The translations under genes and the position numbers were made by a program. From Eledone cirrhosa (Eukaryota): a stretch of 64,000 nt of DNA. Where the stretch lies: contig OZ024749.1 in NCBI GenBank assembly GCA_964016885.1, positions 53,196,001 to 53,260,000 of the forward strand. The letters run 5' to 3'. The notes beneath the pieces are model-generated. The model saw only the letters and a list, made by a program, of their open reading frames with translations. It was not told the DNA's origin and did not search any database. This document shows positions 1 to 12,676 of this stretch, one piece after another (the stretch's first letter is position 1; each line of letters starts with the position of its first letter).

Positions 1-814
1 GACGCCCTTTGTCCGGGGAATAATTCTGCGGTAATTTCATTCCACTTAGAGTTGCATGTTGAAGTGATGAAGAAATCAGACGAAATCGGACATTCGTTAA
101 AAAAGTTCTCTCATTAATTTTTTGTCTCGTATTGAGAAAAACAGAGAAAGAAAAATTACAAAAAGGACAACAATAAAATATGTCTTTGATGAGATTCAAG
201 TAAATGAACGCTTAAGCGTCGTTATTGTTACGTTTGTTGTTTTATAAATTCATCTGTTGCTTTTGAATATTTGTTATTTGATGTAAAATGTAACGTTGAG
301 AGAGCAGTATGTATTTAGTGTTATCGACTTTTTAAATTTTGATATTTGATGTATGACAAACGAAGAGGGTGAATGATCTATTATAGAGAGAGAAGATTTG
401 TCGTTGTTCTAAACTGTAATGGAAACGGAGGCAGTAACCTTTTAAAGAGAGTTGCAGAGGAGATTGAGGGTAGTGAGAGGAATGAAGCGTGTAAGAGAGA
501 GGTTTATCAAAGTTTGTGTCGCGTTCCTTCAGAGACGGAGGCAGTAACCTTTTAAAGAGAGTTGCGGAGGAGATTGAGGGTAGTGAGAGGAATTAAGCGT
601 GTAAGAGAGGGGGTTACAGCATGTATTTAGTTTTATCGATTTTTTTTTTTCATAGAAGCAGGAAATTTTTGGCAAAAGTAATTACGCGTTGTCCTGCCCT
701 GGTAAATTTGGAGCACATTGGAAAAAAATCATCAAAATCGGTAGAGAAATGTGGAAATGCATAAAAATCATACACACACACAGACAGACATCTACCGTTT
801 TATATATATAAAGA
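1..814 (-). mobile_element. Internally deleted Helitron, 5' end (continues off the window edge)
   Basis: 214-814 is the near-identical reverse complement of 16764-17468. The minus strand starts A|TCTTTATATATATAAAACGG, a Helitron-type 5'-TC after a host A. 1-75 matches Rep coding sequence at ~18875-18949 (FITSTCN.KWNEITAELFPGQRA). Confidence 0.85.
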
Positions 815-852
815 TATTCATTGCTTTAATGTCTAATATATATATATATATA

Positions 853-891
<39 letters not shown>

Positions 892-1001
892 TAGACATTA
901 AAACAATATATAAATTCATTGTTTTAATGACATATATATCTATATATATTTATTAGACATTAAAACAATGAATATATATATATAAATTCATTGTTTTAAT
1001 G

Positions 1002-1042
<41 letters not shown>

Positions 1043-1989
1043 TATATATATATATATATATATTCATTGTTTTAATGTCTAATATATATATATATTAGAC
1101 ATTAAAACAAATAAAAAAGAAATATATATGTATACACACACATACACACACACACATATTTACAAATGTAGATATCCACTTATTTTTCACTAAATAAGAT
1201 GCTAGGAAGTTCAATGTGTTGTTATGGTTATTAATCAATACATATCAAATAATTCCCAGGTAAGCTATATCCGAACAGTTCGGATCAAGCAGTCAAAACG
1301 GCCGGAGCTCAGCTGTCGGGGTCCCAAATCTTTTCATATATCATCATCATCTTCCGTTCGCTTTTCCCTGCTTTCAAGGGTGGGACGAGTCCTATTAAGC
1401 ATCTCTCCACTTGTCCCCTTTATAATATATATATATATATTATAAAAAGTCAGGGCCTGATAGCTGAAAATACTCAAAAATTTAGTCAGATTTTAGTAAT
1501 ATAACTAACATTCTTATTTACCTGGTGTTTAAAACATAACTTAAATGTTCTTACATGAAATTATAATGGAAAGTTTTTTTTTTTTTTAAAGAGAAATATA
1601 AATACTTTAAACAAATGGTTGTGTATCATAGAAACCAGGGGTGGTTTCTGGTGGTTTAGTATCAAAAGTATTAACACACACATAGACATACAAACACACA
1701 GATAGTCAGAAGAGGGGGGGGGGGAACAGCGAGTGTGTGGGTAATGAAGAATACAAACAAGGAAGAAAGAGAGAGAGAGAAGAATGTTTAATTCCTTTTG
1801 AATGGAAGTGGATTATGAGCAGAATAGAACAAGAGAATGGTTGTAAAGAACAAAAGAATGGTTGTATTCCACATTAAAAAAAAAACGATGAAAGGAAAGG
1901 ATTAGAGAATATATTGTAAAGATATGTAATGAGATTCTTTATATACTCCACCAGTAAAATAAATAATTAGAGATTTAAGGCCATTCAGA

Positions 1990-2200
1990 AATGGTAGACT
2001 GCTTAAGTAGGAATTATACACAATGTGTATTATTATGGAGCAAGAAACGTTGGTCGTCCCAAGAAGACATACGTCAAGCAACTTGAGGACGATACTGGAT
2101 GCACTGCGGAAGAACTGGCAAACGCTATGAGAGACAGAGATGGATGGAGGAAACGTGTCATAGAAAGACGAGCAAGCTCGATCTGATGATGATGATGATG
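1990..2200 (+). mobile_element. RTE-type LINE 3' end
   Basis: Encodes HGARNVGRPKKTYVKQLEDDTGC..EL..AMRDRDGWRKRV and ends in a (GAT)n tail. Confidence 0.75.
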
Positions 2201-2227
2201 TGTGCATATATATATATATACACACAC

Positions 2228-2401
2228 ATGTGGGAGCCCCTACATGGACACACTGGAAGAGGAAGACCAAGGTTAACGTATGTTGATGTCCTAAGGACAG
2301 ACACTGGTCTGTTGGAGACGCAGGACATGGCAGCGATAATGAGGGACAGAGACCGCTGGAGAGAACTCGTCCATGGATTTCGGGAATTTTACCCGCCCTA
2401 G
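2228..2401 (+). mobile_element. RTE-type LINE 3' end (second family)
   Basis: Encodes WEPLHGHTGRGRPRLTYVDVLRTDTG...MRDRDRWRELV, the typical RTE C-terminal GRP/W motif. Confidence 0.75.
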
Positions 2402-2403
2402 AT

Positions 2404-2507
<104 letters not shown>

Positions 2508-2569
2508 TCATATATATATATTATTATCATCATCATCATCATCATTTAACATCATGATGATATATGATA

Positions 2570-3006
2570 AACACCATGCTACCAATAATCCCACACAAAC
2601 TGATATCTCTAAAATCTATAATACCATTTATCCCACAGTAACCGATATTTTTAAAATCTATAATATGCTACCATCTATCCAATACTACCATTTATCTAAT
2701 ACCATTTGCTTGTGTGGAAAATGGATGTTAAACGATGATGATGATGATCCCAAGCTACCATTTATCCCATGCTAACTGATATCTGTAAAATCTATAATAC
2801 CATTTATCCAATGATGCTGATGTCTCTAAAGTCTATACTACAATACCATTTATCCAATACTACCATTTATCTAATGGTGCTGATATCTCTAAAGTCTATA
2901 CTACAATACCATTTATCCAATACTACCATTTATCTAATGGTGCTGATATCTCCAAAATTTATAATACCATTTATCCAATGGTGCAGATAACTCTAAAATC
3001 TATAAT
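2570..3006. repeat. Degenerate minisatellite built on TACCATTTATCCAAT / GATATCTCTAAAATCTATAA
   Basis: Motifs recur many times. Two near-exact ~62-bp units lie at ~2815-2950. Confidence 0.7.
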
Positions 3007-3009
3007 ATA

Positions 3010-3147
3010 ATTGTTTCTACTTTTGGCACAAGGCCAGCAATTACCCAGTACATTACTGGTACTTTATTTTATCGACCCCGTAAGGATGAAAGGCAAAGTT
3101 AACCTCGACGGGATTTGAACTCAGACCATAAATGGCCGTAACTCATG
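3010..3147 (-). mobile_element. tRNA-derived octopod-type SINE (family A), partial
   Basis: Shares the core GAGTTCAAATCCCG.CGAGGTTAACTTTGCCTTTCATCCTTACGGGGTCGATAAAATAAAGTACCAG with more than 12 copies in the window. Confidence 0.85.
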
Positions 3148-3689
3148 ACCCCTGGTACCTCCCTGAAACAAGGCCCTTGTATACAAGACACAGCAAACAA
3201 ACAGATTACTAAATACTCCAGCCATTTTGTTCATAGTTACTGCATAGTTTACTTCTGTTGTAGTTTTTCCCAGCCACAGGAGACACTCCTCTATATTCCA
3301 CCATTTCAAGAACAAACATTTAAAAACCATTCAATATTTATACAAAATACAAAACAAACAGATTCACTATTTACTAAAATTCCATCTATTTTGTTTAGTT
3401 ACCACATCATAGTTCAATTATTAATTCTGACTACGTTATAGTATAATCATTAATTGTGAGGGTGTGATGTTTCCCCAACAAGAGAGAATTAAAAATAAAT
3501 TACAAACAAATGTCAGAATTTATTCGTTGCTCATGGAATGGTTCGGAATGATATGGTGCCATTCATATCAAACAGTAAAATTTATGTGCATATATTAGCA
3601 TATATTAACATATATTATTACAGCGTTATAAGGAAATGGTTTTGATCATTAACACCTTTCCTGTCTTCGATGGCAGTTATGGCAAATCT

Positions 3690-3990
3690 TATGACTACTA
3701 CTGCTGCTACTACTACTACCACCACCATCACTACCACCACCACCATCACTACCACCACCACCACCACTACTACTACCACCACTACCACTACTACTGCTAT
3801 TGCTACTATTACTACTACTACTACTACCGCCGCTGCCGCCACAACTATTACCACCATCATTACTATCACTATTACCAACACTATTGCTATTGCTATCACT
3901 GCCACCACCTCCACCTCCTCCACCACTACTACTACCACCACCACCACTACTACCACCACCATTACTACTACTACCACCACCACTACATTC
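3690..3990. repeat. (ACT/ACC)n trinucleotide tract
   Basis: Direct inspection. Confidence 0.9.
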
Positions 3991-4419
3991 CGATATTCAT
4001 TTTGTGACATAGTGATGGTGCATGAGATAATTAGATAATTAAATGCCATGCCCAATATTACAAAATAAATCACCTCACACACACCACTCCCACATTGTCT
4101 CACACACACACCACTCCCACATTGTCTCACACACACACACCACTCCCACATTGCCTCACACACACACACACACACACATACACACATATCCTCATACCAA
4201 TATCATCCTACACAGTAGTTCACTTCACATTTCACCAGACACACACATACACACCACTCCCAACCATACACACACACACACACATACACACACTACTCCT
4301 ATAAAAATCTGAGATGCTTCTACAAGTTCTACACACAACTACAGGGTAAACAGTAAAGAACCCCACCTCCTTCAGTCACAAATGACAATAGGATTTTGCA
4401 TCTAGAAACTCGTCTATGC

Positions 4420-5230
4420 CTGGACGTTCACGTACATTGACATTGCACATCCAATGGAGCATGCTTGCTTCATTTCTCTCCAGCCATCGCATATCCTCTA
4501 CAGTTGCTGCCCATGCCTCACTACCATGCAGCACCACATATCCTCTACAGTTGCTGGCCATGTCTCACTACCATGCAGCACCACATATCCTCTACAGTTG
4601 CTGCCCATGTCTCACTACCATGCAGCACCACATATCCTCTACAGTTGCTGCCCATGTCTCACTACCATGCAGCACCACATATCCTCTACAGTTGCTGCCC
4701 ATGTCTCACTACCATGCAGCACCACATATCCTCTACAGTTGCTGCCCATGTCTCACTACCATGCAGCAGCACATATCCTCTACAGTTGCTGCCCATGTCT
4801 CACTATCATGCAGCACCACATATCCTCTACAGTTGCTGCCCATGTCTCACTACCATGCAGCATCACGCATCTCACACAGGCATGTAGGGAGAAACCCTTC
4901 TTTGTCAACAGAGGAAGCAGCTCCCTAAACTTCTTCCAACCCGTCCTTATTCAAGATATTATGGCCTCGGAGCACCCTCCCCTCTTGTCAATCTGATCAC
5001 CTAGGTACTGGAAGCTATCAACCACCTCTATAGATCCTACCTGCATTTGAAAAATGTGTCTATCACTGCGACTTCTACTGTCAAATTTCCCTGTACATCT
5101 ACTGCATATGTAGTTTTCCCTACCTGTTAGTTTGTCTGTTATCCCACTACATCTCTTGTGTACCCAAGATCTGCATTGTGTACATTTTATAGAATTTATG
5201 CCAACTCCTTTCCTACATACCGAACATGTA
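4420..5230 (-). mobile_element. RTE-type LINE fragment with Cys/His finger region
   Basis: Encodes CSVCRKGVGINSIKCTQCRSWVHKRCSGI...IEVVDSFQYLGDQI, then LHGSE(T/A)WAATVEDMRWLERNEASMLHWMCNV. Confidence 0.8.
4490..4862. repeat. 47-bp minisatellite (~8 units) expanded inside the RTE ORF
   Basis: Unit CATATCCTCTACAGTTGCTGCCCATGTCTCACTACCATGCAGCACCA, period 47. Confidence 0.95.
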
Positions 5231-6779
5231 GCTGTGTAAAGTGTGTAGCTTGTGTGTAGCATGTGTAAAGTGTGTAGCTTGAACAATTTGGTGAGTTTAT
5301 TTGTGGCTTATCAAAGTAGTGAGTTTCTCTGTTGTAGGTGTTGGCAAGACACTTGGCAAGAAATGGAAACGAAATTGAAGAGGAAAAACAAACAACAACA
5401 ATAATAATAATAATAGAAAAAACCCCATGAATTTTGAGGGATTTAGTAAAATAAATATCTCGCTTATTTATTGGTATATGTCAAGCTGACATTTGGAACA
5501 AAACTTTAAAAAAAGGTTCTGACATAAAATTATGGTAGGAGATTTTAGATTCTAGCAAGTTTAGATTCCTTGTATTCTAGAACCAGAAACAGTTGTGGGG
5601 AGTGGGGAGAGGGATATCAAAAGGTTTAAACAAGAATTGGATTTCAAATATGATATTTATGAGGGGGGGGGGGTACATATATTTTTGACATTAGGATAAA
5701 CTATCAGATTGTGAATTTAACGTGACTCATCATCAGCATTAACTGCAAATAAATTGGGCAAAGCTTTCATCCCTGACAAATCCACAACTCAGAACCTTTT
5801 AATTATCAATGTGATGAAATATATTTAATGAACCCTTCAGTTGTATCAGAGACAAGGCAGCCTCCTTAGAGCTGGTGAACTACACAATCAAAACACACAG
5901 TACACGCTGGGCACCCAGCTGTAGAAAGTTGCCAAAGGGTTGGGAGGACCCTTCTGTTTGTGTCAAGGACATGTTAAACTCTTTAGTGTTGGTGATCTAC
6001 ATGATAAAAACACCCAGTACACTCTGTAAAGTGGTTGGTGTTAGGAAGTGGTGGGGAATTGGATCATGTATTGAGTATTGATACAGTGTGGTGGGGAATT
6101 GGATCATGTATTGGTTATTGATACAGTGTGGTGGGGGAAATGTATTAACTACTGACTTGACTAAAGAAATGCACAGGAATCAGGTTTTCTATTCACTGAT
6201 AGTTTGTAGAACCTAGAAATGTTTCAATCAAGAAATTGAGGTCAGGGTAGAAAAGTTTGGTGTCGGTGCTAAAAATAGTTAATTATCTCTGAGAAATACT
6301 AGGCCATATAGTTAGGGGAAACAGGAAAACAGATTAATTATGAAAAGAGGGAACACAAAAGGGAAATAGCAGATATAGATTACATTCTAAATCACTCGGT
6401 GAAGGGTGGCAAAAATTTAGGGAAGAATCTAGAGATAAGTTTTCAAATTTCAACCCCCCACTAACTCAACCAGATTTGTTAATATTTGAAACATATCTGA
6501 TAGTGAACAAGGTTAGTAAACAAAGTCTGTTGTTTCTAATAAGTTACATACTTTTTAAACTATATTTTATCATGAACAGAGAACAGGCTGACGCTGATCT
6601 GCTGATTAGGGTCTAGATAGAATCCCTTCTCTATGTTTTCGTGGAGACTAGCCAGAAAATTTATGGCATCATATGTTCCAATATAAAAATTTCCAGTCTG
6701 AGAGAGAGAGAGAGCATTTTAAAATTTATCTTAAAAAAAAAATACCGAGGTTGGAAGTCCAATATATTGGCAAAGATCT

Positions 6780-8368
6780 ACGGAGTATCACGGCCCCTCT
6801 CAACGTTTGGTATCTGGATGATGCTACATTGGGCGGGCCCGTACGGACGGTCTGCCATGACCTTCAATCGGTGATTCCTGCCCTGGTGGGAATCGGCCTC
6901 CAGTTCAACTCGGCCAAGTCGGAGGTGGTGAACGTCAGCCTCGATGCTGCGAGCTTTGCAGCCTCCGTCTTCGACGTGCGGTCCATTCTACGCCAGTTTC
7001 AGGTGACCCCCCCAAAGAGGATGTCCTCATCCTCGGGTCACCGATCCACCCGCCGGCCATCTGCTCCACATCAGGTCCAGGCTTCAACAGCTCAGACTCT
7101 CACGAGCCGACTGGGCTTGATTGACGGCCACCCAGCTCTCTTTCTGCTGAGCAACTGCTTTGCCATGTCGAAGCTCCTCTATACACTCCGCAGCGCTCCA
7201 TGCTACACCCAGACATCTCTCCTCGCTGACCTCGATACTTGTATCCGAGCAGCAGCCGAGGGGATATGCAACGTCAAGTTTGACGACATAGGGTGGCAAC
7301 AGGCCACTTTACTGTTCAGATATTGCGGCCTTGGCCTCCAGTCCCCGATCTCACTAGCTTTGCCGGCGTATCTTTCGTCGGTAACCTTGTTCCGCGTCCT
7401 CGTCAGCAGGGTTCTTCAAAACACAACAGAACCCTCTGTGTTCAGAGAATGTGAGGCCGCCTGTGAGACGTGGGACCGGCTAGGACTTAGCCCAGTAGAC
7501 ATCCCTCCTCCTTCTCCCCCTGTTGACGTCAAGTGCCATCCAGTACAGCCTGGCATCAGACTGGCTCATGCGCCAGCTCGACCAGCACCGCCTTGCTTGT
7601 TTTCGTGCGGCCTCCAAACCCCACAGTGGTGCCTGGTTCCATGCCCTGCCCTCCTTCTCCACTGGCACACAGCTAGACAATCATAGCCTGCGAATCGGCG
7701 TTTCCCTGAGGCTCAGCCTCCGGATCTGCCAGCCACACCAAAGTCGCTGCGGTTCCACCGTGGACTCTTTCGGCCTCCACCCACTTTCCTATCGCCACAG
7801 TGCCGGCCGCATTCCACGCCATGCTGCCCTCAATGAGGTCATTAAACATGGCTTGGACGCTGCAGGTTCTCTTCCCAGCTCGAGCCGGTGGGGCTGGATC
7901 GAGGGGATGGAAAAATGCCAGATGGCATGACCATCTTCCCATTCCACAGAGGCAAACCCTTCGTCTGGGATGCCACTTGCACCAACACTTTGTGCAGTCT
8001 GTGACTGACCCAGGTTCTGCTGCACGTTGGGCTGAGGGAACCAAACTCCTCAAATACCGGTCGCTCTCCGACAGGTTTGCGGTCGTTCCCCTGGCAGTGG
8101 AAACTTCTGGTGTCCTCAGCCCTAGGGCTACCTCCTTACTCACCACCATAGGCGCTGAGCTGGCCAGCCGTAGGTGTGAGCCCCGCGAGTTGGAGTGGCT
8201 TTTCCAGCGCGTCTCCCTTGCCGTCCTCCGGGGAAACGCCTTCTCCATTCTGTCCGCTGTGGGTGGGCCCCATCGTGTACCAATACATTAGTTAAATACC
8301 ATTCTTTCATCTCATACATCCCTTTGAATTACAACCCAATTTAATAAAATATTCCAATACAAAAAAAT
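6780..8368 (+). mobile_element. 5'-truncated, frameshifted CRE-like non-LTR retrotransposon (RT plus restriction-like endonuclease)
   Basis: RT motif WYLDDATLGG, GGLGL-like motif, degenerate zinc knuckle, PRHAALN, EPVGLDRGDGKMPDG...VWDATC, PLAVETSG and QRVSLAVLRGNA spread over several frames. GC-rich island followed by AATAAA and an A-rich tail. Confidence 0.88.
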
Positions 8369-8793
8369 TTAACTGCTCACAACCTCCTCACTCTTCCTTA
8401 AAAATAGTACCCCAGTATGGCCACAGTCCATTGACTGAAACCAGTAAAAATACTGGGAGTCCGTACAGTCGACAAATTCCTCCTCACTCCTCCTCTTTCT
8501 TAAAGATAGTGCCCCAGTATGGCCACAGTCCATACTGAAACCAGTAAAAATAAATAATATAAGAATACTGGACATAATTAAGAAATTTTTCATGGATTCC
8601 ACCTCCTCTCTTGATTATTATTATTAGAATGGCCCGTGTGAATGGGCCTACTCTGACCATGTGCCTATAGGCTAGTTAATTTGAGGAGGAGAGGGGTGCT
8701 CTCCCCGGGTGCCCTAGAAGCGCAGGGTGGTTCATTTAATATCCCATTTTCCACACTAGCATGGGTTGGACGAGTTGTACAGTTGTGAGACAG

Positions 8794-8924
<131 letters not shown>

Positions 8925-9145
8925 TGGTCATTTGGGAGCCATGGCAAAAAGCACCCAGTACACACACTGTAAATGTGGTTAGCGTTAGGAAGGGCATCCA
9001 GCTCATAGAAGCCTAGCCAGAAACAGTTCTATACGAGTATGACATGGTCACCTGACCCAACTTACCTCAAATGAGGTCCCCCCGTCTAACCCATGCTAAC
9101 GTGGAAAATGGACGTTAAACAGTGATGAAGATGATGATGATGATC
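8925..9145 (+). mobile_element. SINE-like fragment with RTE-type tail
   Basis: CACCCAGTACAC..TGTAAA.GTGGTT.G.GTTAGGAAG also occurs at ~6010-6048. Tail AACCCATGCTAACGTGGAAAATGGACGTTAAAC..(GAT)n resembles those at ~2715, ~8735 (minus) and ~25333. Confidence 0.6.
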
Positions 9146-9589
9146 TATCAGGAACTGGTAACTGGTAGATAGTATCAGCAATGGAAAGAGCACTGGGAAC
9201 ATTAGTTCTTTGGTTGGATTTGACGAGTTCCACCCCACTCATTAAGGTAATGAGTTCTGGGATCTTGTCAATCGACCTCTATATATCTATAACAACTTGT
9301 ACTACTACTGCTGCTACTACTACTGCTGCTACTACTACTACTACTACTAAACAGGCTGACAGAAAGTCAGTGAACATTGCATAATTGATTTGAATGAATC
9401 AGGATCGCCGCCTTACGTAAATGAATATATAGAATTAAATAAATTGTCAAACAACTTTTCCTTTCTCTTTAAGTTTGTCAAGCAACCTTAACCTCTTAGC
9501 CCCTTAACCTCTTAGCCCCTTAACCTCGCCATCACCCACAGTAATATTGTGGGCGTATTGGCTTGCTTCAAAATTTTCTGTTGATTTTT

Positions 9590-10290
9590 GTGGTGTGGTG
9601 TGGTGTGTTGTGGTGTGGTGTGGTGTGTTGTGGTGTGGTGTGGTGTGTTGTAGTGTAGTGTGGTGTGTTGTAGTGTAGTGTGGTGTGTTGTAGTGTAGTG
9701 TATTGTGATGTGGTGTGGTGTGGTATTGTGTGGTGTGGTGTATTGTGTGGTGTGGTGTATTGTGTGGTGTGGTGTGGTGTGGTGTGCTGTGGTATTGTGC
9801 GGTGCGGTGTTGTGATGTAGTGTATTGTGCTGTGGTGTGGTGTGGTGTGGTGTGGTGTGGTGTGGTGTGGTGTATTGTGGTGTGGTGTATTGTGGTGTGG
9901 TGTATTGTGGTGTGGTGTGGTGTGTTGTAGTGTAGTGTGGTGTGTTGTAGTGTAGTGTGGTGTGTTGTAGTGTGGTGTAGTGTATTGTGATGTGGTGTGG
10001 TGTGGTATTGTGGTGTGGTGTATTGTGTGGTGTGGTGTGGTGTGGTGTGCTGTGGTATTGTGCGGTGCGGTGTTGTAGTGTGGTGTATTGTGATGTGGTG
10101 TGGTGTGGTGTGCTGTGGTGTAGTGTGGTGTAGTGTATTGTGGTGTGGTGTGCTGTGGTGTAGTGTAGTGTGGTGTAGTGTAGTGTAGAGTATTGTGGTG
10201 TGCTGTGGTGTATTGTGATGTGGTGTGGTGTGGTGTGGTGTGGTGTGGTGTGGTGTGGTGTGGTGTGGTGTGGTGTGGTGTGGTGTGTGG
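9590..10290. repeat. (TGTGG)n pentanucleotide-based tract
   Basis: Direct inspection. Confidence 0.95.
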
Positions 10291-10972
10291 CCGATTGTCA
10301 CACATGGTGGTGAATTGATGGCTGTTTTTGTTTTTGTTTGTTTCCCTCGCTGTTATCTAGTACATTACATTTGTGAGGTTCCTAGCAATAATTAATTCTA
10401 TCTATATTATATGTTTATATTTTCATTGTGTAATAATTATAAACAATTTGTAATGTTATTTATACAACTGTGAATAAAATTAAAATAGAACAGATGTACT
10501 TTACTTTCAATTAAGGGTCAGTCTGTGTCGCCTTGTGGCCGTGGTGGTGGTGGTGGTGGTCCCAGCGGAGGACAGAATGGAGAAGACGTGGCCCTCGAAG
10601 GATGGTGAGGGAGACGTGCTGGAACAGTCACTCCAAATCGGAAGTCTCAACTGCTATAAGTTCGACAACAAAAAACAATCGAAGAGTGATCGATACTTCA
10701 ACAGGTTACCACTCATCGGTCTGACGAGCAGAGGTTTAGTAGCAGAATAAATTAGGATTATCCTGCTACTGATGACTAAAATCTTGTAAATGTATACAAA
10801 ATCTCTGAAGTAAATTAACAAGTTTTCTTAATTACAAAAAGTAATTTGTTACGAACATAAAAAGAATAAACAAACAATGGAGAAACTAAAGTAAACATCG
10901 GAAGTTAAACAATATTTTTGTTTTTAATTAAAATAATAATAATAACAATGATTTCTAATTTATTCTAATAAT

Positions 10973-11180
10973 AATTGTTTTTACTTTAGACACAAGGCCA
11001 GCAATTATCCAGTACATTACTGGTACTTTAAATAATGATTTCTGATTTAGACACAAGGCCAGCATTTTCTTGGGGTGAGGGAAGTCGATTAAATCGACTC
11101 CAGTGCGTTACGGGTACTTAATTTATTGACCCCACCCTGCTGTAAGGATGAAAGGCAAAGCTAATTTCGGAGGGATTTGA
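10973..11180 (-). mobile_element. SINE family A, two partial copies
   Basis: CACAAGGCCAGCA...GGTACTT...TAAGGATGAAAGGCAAAG motifs. Confidence 0.75.
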
Positions 11181-11731
11181 TAATAAAAATAATAATAGTA
11201 AATCATTTTCCGGCTAAGTGTTTGTAGTTAAGTTTGTCATTTTCAGCAGCGAAGAAAGTAAACAAACCAACAATATATTTAGTTGATGTACCACCAACAC
11301 CACCATCACCATTACCACCTAGCAGCACCAGCACCATCACCTACCACCATCACCAGCACCACAACCATCACCAGCAGCACCATCACCAGCAGCACCACCA
11401 CCACCAGCACCACCACCACCTACCACAAAGCACCCCCCCCCCACAACAGCAAGACCGGTTTATATGTTAAATGGTAAAATATATGATAATATATACATTT
11501 ATTACATAGGGGCAAAGATCGGAATATTATGTAACCACACCCTTTCGGTAAAAATAGTTCTTTTTTTTCCTGAGGTATAAAAGTGAGGCAAGGGAACCCA
11601 AGGAGGTCCCCATCCGACAGAGAGAGAAGGGGGTCCCCATCCGACAGAGAGAGAGAGAGAGAGAAGGAGGCCCCCATCCGACACAGAGAGGGCCCTTCAC
11701 ATCAAACCAGTTTTTACTTAGTAATAAATAA

Positions 11732-11847
11732 TTATTTCTACATTAGGCACAAGGCCAGCAATTACCCAGTGTATTACTGGTACTTTATTTTATCGACCCC
11801 GTAAGGATGAAAGGCAAAGTTAACCTCGGCGAGATTTGAACTCAGAA
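11732..11847 (-). mobile_element. SINE family A, partial
   Basis: Matches the family core. Confidence 0.85.
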
Positions 11848-11998
11848 TGGCAATAAATAATGATTTCTACTTTACACAAAATAAATAATAGTTAGATTAT
11901 ATTGATTATGTTGGTATTATATAAAACATAATTATATACTTATAAATATTTACCACACTCGTAACATAAATTATTAACGTAACTTATATATATATATA

Positions 11999-12189
<191 letters not shown>

Positions 12190-12228
12190 ATATATATATA
12201 TAATGAACAATACAATATATAACTACTC

Positions 12229-12513
12229 CATGGAGAGGTTAAGGGACATTGTCCGGAAAAGGAGACATCGGTTCGCGGGCCACATCCTTCGTTTGGCGGC
12301 AGATCGACCTGCTCATACTGCCATGGATTGGGTACCAGAAGGTGGCAGGAGAGAACGGGGAAGACCACGAAAAACATGGCGGAGCACATTCAGGGAGGAC
12401 CTGCGGGATAGGGGAATTACCTGGAGAGGTGCTGGAAGGGCCGACTGTGACAGGGTCAAGTGGAGGAAGCTGGTCGCCCAATGTTCCACAAGGGACTGGA
12501 GGAACTAAGACTA

Positions 12514-12516
<3 letters not shown>
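12229..12516 (+). mobile_element. RTE-type LINE 3' end
   Basis: Encodes [14 protein letters not shown]...[21 protein letters not shown]...[15 protein letters not shown] with a (CTAAGA)2 tail. Confidence 0.85.
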
Positions 12517-12568
<52 letters not shown>

Positions 12569-12618
12569 TAATGAAATGACAGGAGGCTGGACTTGTGTAA
12601 ATCCTTGAAAGGTTTATT

Positions 12619-12676
12619 ATACTATGGTCATTTCAATGACCGGGTTCCGTATGAATCCGGTGATATCATCAGGTAT
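12619..12676 (-). ncRNA. Degenerate type I hammerhead ribozyme motif
   Basis: AUAC CUGAUGA uauc ACCGG..CCGGU cauu GAAA UGACCA UA/GUAU. The base of stem II is weak. Confidence 0.5.

Noticed and set aside
373-555. Duplicated 60-aa ORF (also 17127-17309)
   Set aside because: Antisense to the Helitron 5' non-coding repeat region. The duplication reflects the transposon.
10715-10790. CTGACGAG and CTGATGA hammerhead cores (also ~5730, ~22218, ~45577, ~52947)
   Set aside because: No correctly placed GAAA or closing stem I found.
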